From: Podarcis vaucheri
Taxonomy: Eukaryota
Assembly (NCBI GenBank): GCA_965113315.1
Contig: OZ220376.1
Direction: 5' to 3' (one strand)
DNA: 64,000 nucleotides
Positions within the stretch are counted from its first letter, which is position 1, and each line of letters opens with the position of its first letter. Shown piece after piece: positions 59,366 through 64,000 of the stretch. Below the pieces are notes generated by a model. It did no database searches and was not told where the DNA came from. It saw nothing but the letters and a program-made list of their open reading frames with translations. The translations under genes were made by a program, and so were the position numbers.

Positions 59366-60399
59366 CATGGCTAAGCTGCAGCCAAATCAACTGGAAGGGA
59401 AAGGAGGCCACAAAGCTTGCTGAGCTACTAGGTAAAAAATGGAGAAGAATTTCGCCAATTTGTCTGCGGTCCCACTTACTCTTATCCTGCCTCACTAGGT
59501 ACTCTCAGTGTAAAGTGATGCCCTCTACATATATTTGGAATACTCTGAAAGTATGCTGGAAACAAGGCAACCTCGCCAGATGCCTTATCCATCCTCTACA
59601 AGTGTAGACATTATGGCATACAAGGGGAGAGGATGAAAGTAGCTCACTTCTTTCTCTGCCCCCCCTCCACCCCCAGTCTCTGCAAATAAAGAAGAAGGCA
59701 ACCTAAGGGTACCACTTGGCCTACTCCTTTCCCCACGTGGCCTGGCTATTGCAGCACCTTTGGAGGGCAGGACTACAAAGAACTCTCTCACACCTGCAGT
59801 TCAAGCACAGCATCCCTCTTCTCTCAGCTCATTATGGGCATCTACAGAAGATCACATTGCACTATGGTTCCTGGAGCATAATGGAGTGTCTCCGTTCCCA
59901 GGATCTTACTTCTCTCACCCACCCACTTTGCTTGGCTGGATAGCAAAAGCATGTATGTTGAGAGTGGTTCTCAATAAAAGCCTTGAGCAAGTTGTGACTC
60001 CGCATTGGCATCAGTCTATAAAACTTGCAAGGAGGTGGGTTGATTCCCTGGCTATCGGTGAGGGGTAGAGGGAGGGTTTCCAGCTTCAAGGATGGGGTGA
60101 GTGGGAGTGCTGCCCCTGGTATAAATCACCAAAACAAAGTTTCTCCAGATGATAATGCTTTTCTCCTTGGGCTCATGGAGTTGACCAGGCATTAATGCAG
60201 CAATGAAGTGGCTCTCCTTGAAAAAGGAAACTGCCCCAAGGGTGGTCACAGTTTGCTTTGGGACTAAGGAGGGGAGAGATCTCCGAGAGGTGAACGCTCG
60301 CCTAGGAAGGCAGCTGGCTGGGTTGGGGAGGCAGCCCCCCTCCCCCAGGGATGGGGCAGTATGCACCGAAGCAGCCTGCTGCGAGGAAGGCAAGTAGCG

Positions 60400-61070
60400 T
60401 TCCCTCTTAGCAGGGAAACAAATGCGGCCGCGGTTGGCTCTGCCCTCCCAGCATCACCGGGCAGCCAATGAGAAGTTTCCCCACCACCTCAACGAGGAAA
60501 AATGGGGGAGTCGGAACAATAATAAGAGCGGACGAGGGCGCGAACGGAAGCCGGCTGGGCCGCGTTGTCATGGCAGCAGGTCCACTTCCGGGCTGTCCCG
60601 GCAGCAACAGCGTTCGCTGTGGAGGGTTCCGGGAAGGAAGGACGACGTCCTACCCTACCAGCCATGGCATCCCCCGGCCACCGCGACGCCCCGGAGCTGC
60701 CGGACTTCAGTCTTCTAAAGCGCCTGGCGCGGGACCAGCTGGTCTACTTGCTGGAGCAGGTGGGATGGGCGGGTACTGGGGCGAAAGCGAAAGCTGCTCC
60801 TCATGACCCTTGCCTGGCAATGACGCTTCGCCTCTTTCTCCCTCACCCTGCAGCTCCCCGGCAAGAAAGATTTGTTCATCGAGGCCGACCTGATGAGCCC
60901 CCTCGACCGCATCGCCAACGTCTCCATCCTCAAGGTGCGCGAGGAGCTCTCCGCTTGCTTCCTCTTCCTGCTCTTTCAGGCAGACAGTAATTCGGCAGGA
61001 GCAGCTTCTCGCCCCCGCCCCCTTGTAGTACGGACAGCGGTGGGAAGGCTTCCCATGTTGCGACTGCCCG
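60400..61070 (+). promoter_or_regulatory. CpG island / VPS33B promoter
   Basis: CpG-rich, with CCAAT ~60465, ETS motifs cggaag ~60544 and cacttccgg ~60583, and an X-box-like gttgtcatggcagc 60564-60577. Confidence 0.7.
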
Positions 61071-63948
61071 GGCTTTAAGGCAGCTGCTGAAAGCACAAAA
61101 GCTCACCTAGGAGAAAAGGGCAAGGGGCGGGGAGACTGACATGAGGATGCTGGGGTGAGGAATTGAACGTGGAGGATCCCACTTGAGCTGTGCCTACTGG
61201 CAACTTCTGTCCAATTTAGTTGCTGCATAAATCAGAGGAAATGGGGAAAGAGGAAAAGGGAGTCACCCCACCACCACCACCACCCTCAAGAAGCAGGGGT
61301 GCTGTGCAGGATGTGGAGCTGATCACTCTCTGCTTCCATCTCTCTTTGCAGCAACATGAAGTGGACAAACTTTACAAAGTGGAGAATAAACCAGCCCACA
61401 GTACCAGTGATCAGTAAGTGTGAGGCAGGAGGCCTGCCCTGTCTGGCCAGGGCTTACTGAGCCTGCTGCATGGGGTTGCCTGCCTGCCTCTTTTCTGCTT
61501 GCCAGGGAAAGGCGGTGTTTCTCCATCCCTGAGCCATGGGACAAGGTCACCCACAGGCAGACAGAGCAGAGCTGTTTCTAAGACTACTCCTTTCATGTTG
61601 TCTGTTTTGTTTCTTTCTCCCAAGATTGTGCTTTTTGGTGCGGCCACGGATCAGGAACATGAAGTACGTGGCAGGTAAGTTGGTGGTTTGCATGTGCTGG
61701 CCTGAGGGAGGAGCAATAATGGTAGTTGTCAGTGGTAGATCTGATTTACATGCCAAAAGTTCCAGGTTCAATCTCCAGGTAGGGCTGGGAATGTCTCCCT
61801 GCCTCAAACCTTGGAGAACTGCTTCCAGTCAGTGTAGAAAATACTGAACTAAATGGACCAAGGCTGCTTCCTAGCTCCCAGGCTTAGCAGGAGGTCCCAG
61901 TATGGACAGTCTGTGCTGAGCACCTTTGAAAGGAATATGAACCGTGTAGTGGTCTGATTATAGCAGTGCCCTGAGCAATTATGGAAGAAGGGTATCATGA
62001 CTAGGTTAGAGCAGAAGTCTTATCTACCCTGCCTATGGTAATGTTTCAGGCTGCTACCAGAATTCAGGGGGATGCTGGGTAATTGGGGAGTGGGTTTCAG
62101 CCTGTCTCTTCTCCTGGTTCTTGGCAGTCTGCCTACCTGCATCTATCTCAACAGGTATTTCTACCACACACCCCAAGCTGCAAGAGTATGGGACTAAGGG
62201 GTCTTTGTGCAAGTTCCTGGGGTGTTCTGTATTATTACAATCTGTTGCAAAGCTGCCTTGAGATTAAATTAAAAATATTCTAAATAAAAAAATGTGGACA
62301 GCCTTTTCCTGGATTGCCTAGAAAGGGCTTGGCCAGCCTTGCCTGCTCCTTGACTCATTTTTTTCCCTAGACATAGTAAACGCCGATAAGGCAGCTGGCC
62401 GGACCCGCAAGTACAAGATTATCTTCAGTCCTCAGAAGGTGAGTCTCTTGTAGCCAGGAGTTGTGGGGTCGGGTTTCTTGGGATTTACCTTCCAAGTAGT
62501 CCAGGGGTAGCTCATCAATTATGTGATGTGTGGACCTTCTGAAGTGCTGCTGGCTGGCTGGTCCCTCTGGCTGGGTGGTATTTCCCAGTCTGGGCTGTGG
62601 CTGCTGCCTGGGCTGCCCAGCTCTAAGAAGCAGTGATTTGTGGGCAATACTGAGCTAGATGAACCAATGTTTTGATTTGTTATAAGGCAGCTTCCTGTGT
62701 AGTCTGGCCAGTGGGTGGTATATGGGTGTAGAATTAGGGGGGTCTCTTTTATCTCCCAAGCCCCCAGACGTTTGGTTGAACTTAACATGTTTCAATTTAG
62801 CCATCGCCAATTTCACTCTCTGCAACAGTTTAAAGGCTAAAATTGGTTGTGCCTGTAAAACACCCTCCTCTGCCCTTGGAGGAGTCTCTTCAGTTTTTCT
62901 CAGTAGAAGGGGGTTCTGGGGACACTTAAACTGCTTGTTCCCAAGGCTGCCTGGAGCTGATTGTCTTCTCCAACCCTTTCCAGTTCTACACATGTGAGAT
63001 GGTGCTGGAAGAAGAGGGGATCTATGGGGGTGAGTTTCAGAGACGGAGAACAGAGATTTTGCTTGGCAGGACATCAGGATCAAAGTCAGCGGGTGGGGAG
63101 GGGGCTGTACTTGAGGAAAGCAGCAGTTCAGCTGGTGATTGGCTCCCCGGCATCCCCTTCCCCAAGCTCAGAAACTTTGAGCAACGCTGTCCTGTTCATG
63201 CTTACTCAAAGGTAAGACGCACTGTGTTTTATAAGGCTAACTTCCAGTTAAATGGCATAAGATTGCAGTCTGAATATGCCAGTGTTCATTGTTCCGTGGA
63301 TGGGATTGATCTGTGTTGTATTAATTTGTGGTTAGTTTTTCATCTTTTAAGGTATTTTGATCATGTTTTAAGATGATTGTTCACTATGCTGGGCAACACC
63401 AGGAGGAAGGGTTGGGTATAAGAAGAATGAATGAATAAGTAATATTGCTATGTTTAAAATAAAATTTAAAAAAACACCTCTGACCAGTCACCTGAGTTAC
63501 TCCAAGCAGCTAATTTAAGGCAGTGGAGAGGTTGTATCATGGGTCAAAGGCAAAATCCCCCTTGTGTTGTCCTGGTTCCTTGGCAGACGTGACCTGGGAT
63601 GAGTGGTCCTTCTACTTACTCCCTTTGGACGATGACATCATCAGCATGGAGCTCCCGGAATTCTTCCGTGACTATTTCCTGGTCAGTATTGACTCCTGCA
63701 ATGTCCCTATCTATTCACACTGCCCTCCTCCCCCTTGTTTGCCTCAGTGTCACACAGCACGTACCAGCTCAAGAATTTTAGGCACAACTTCAATTTCCAC
63801 CCTCTTGTGTCAATCACAGCTTCCTTCTCTTGTGGCCCAGTAGGAAGGAGACCAGCGCTGGATCAGCACCGTGGCCCAGGCCTTGCAACTGATGAACTCT
63901 CTCTATGGACCATTCAGCAGGACCTACGGAATTGGCCGGTGTGCTAAG
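60664..63948 (+). CDS. VPS33B: Vacuolar protein sorting 33B (Sec1/Munc18 family), exons 1-8, continues beyond the window
   Basis: Exons 60664-60759, 60854-60934, 61352-61413, 61625-61674, 62371-62438, 62984-63029, 63587-63681, 63844-63948. Peptides [75 protein letters not shown]. Confidence 0.96.
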
Positions 63949-64000
63949 GTGGGGCCTTGTTGGTACAGGAGGATCAGCTGAAAGAATGTGAGAGGGGCCT

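Noticed and set aside
1-64000. CRISPR arrays, operons, rRNA or other prokaryotic or viral systems
   Set aside because: The sequence is spliced vertebrate DNA, and I saw no regularly spaced repeat-spacer arrays or viral ORFs.

Overview
Vertebrate nuclear DNA, most likely a squamate reptile. The Sauria/Squam-type SINEs, squamate CR1 3' ends and hAT/Tc1 MITEs suggest a lacertid lizard. The window is gene-dense and syntenic with human 15q26.1 / mouse chr7. I reconstructed these genes by eye from GT-AG exons with consistent phase: SEMA4B (+, 14 coding exons, ~834 aa), CIB1 (-, 7 exons, 190 aa), GDPGP1 (+, single coding exon, 387 aa), TTLL13 (+, 14 coding exons, ~863 aa, intact), NGRN (+, 3 exons, 245 aa), HDDC3/MESH1 (+, 4 exons, 180 aa) and the first 8 exons of VPS33B (+, runs off the window). 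Most notable observations: (1) an apparent decayed multi-exon gene on the minus strand at ~150-6500, head-to-head with SEMA4B, with short RGS22/RGSL1-like motifs; (2) a SINE insertion that appears to have duplicated the SEMA4B exon-7 splice acceptor; (3) a CAG-TAG tandem acceptor in VPS33B whose proximal site inserts a stop codon; (4) HDDC3 at a non-mammalian position between NGRN and VPS33B; (5) nested or tandem transposon insertions with readable target-site duplications (TSDs). Family assignments rest on recalled protein and repeat consensus sequences, not on searches. I found no prokaryotic-type systems, and no new system is established from sequence alone.
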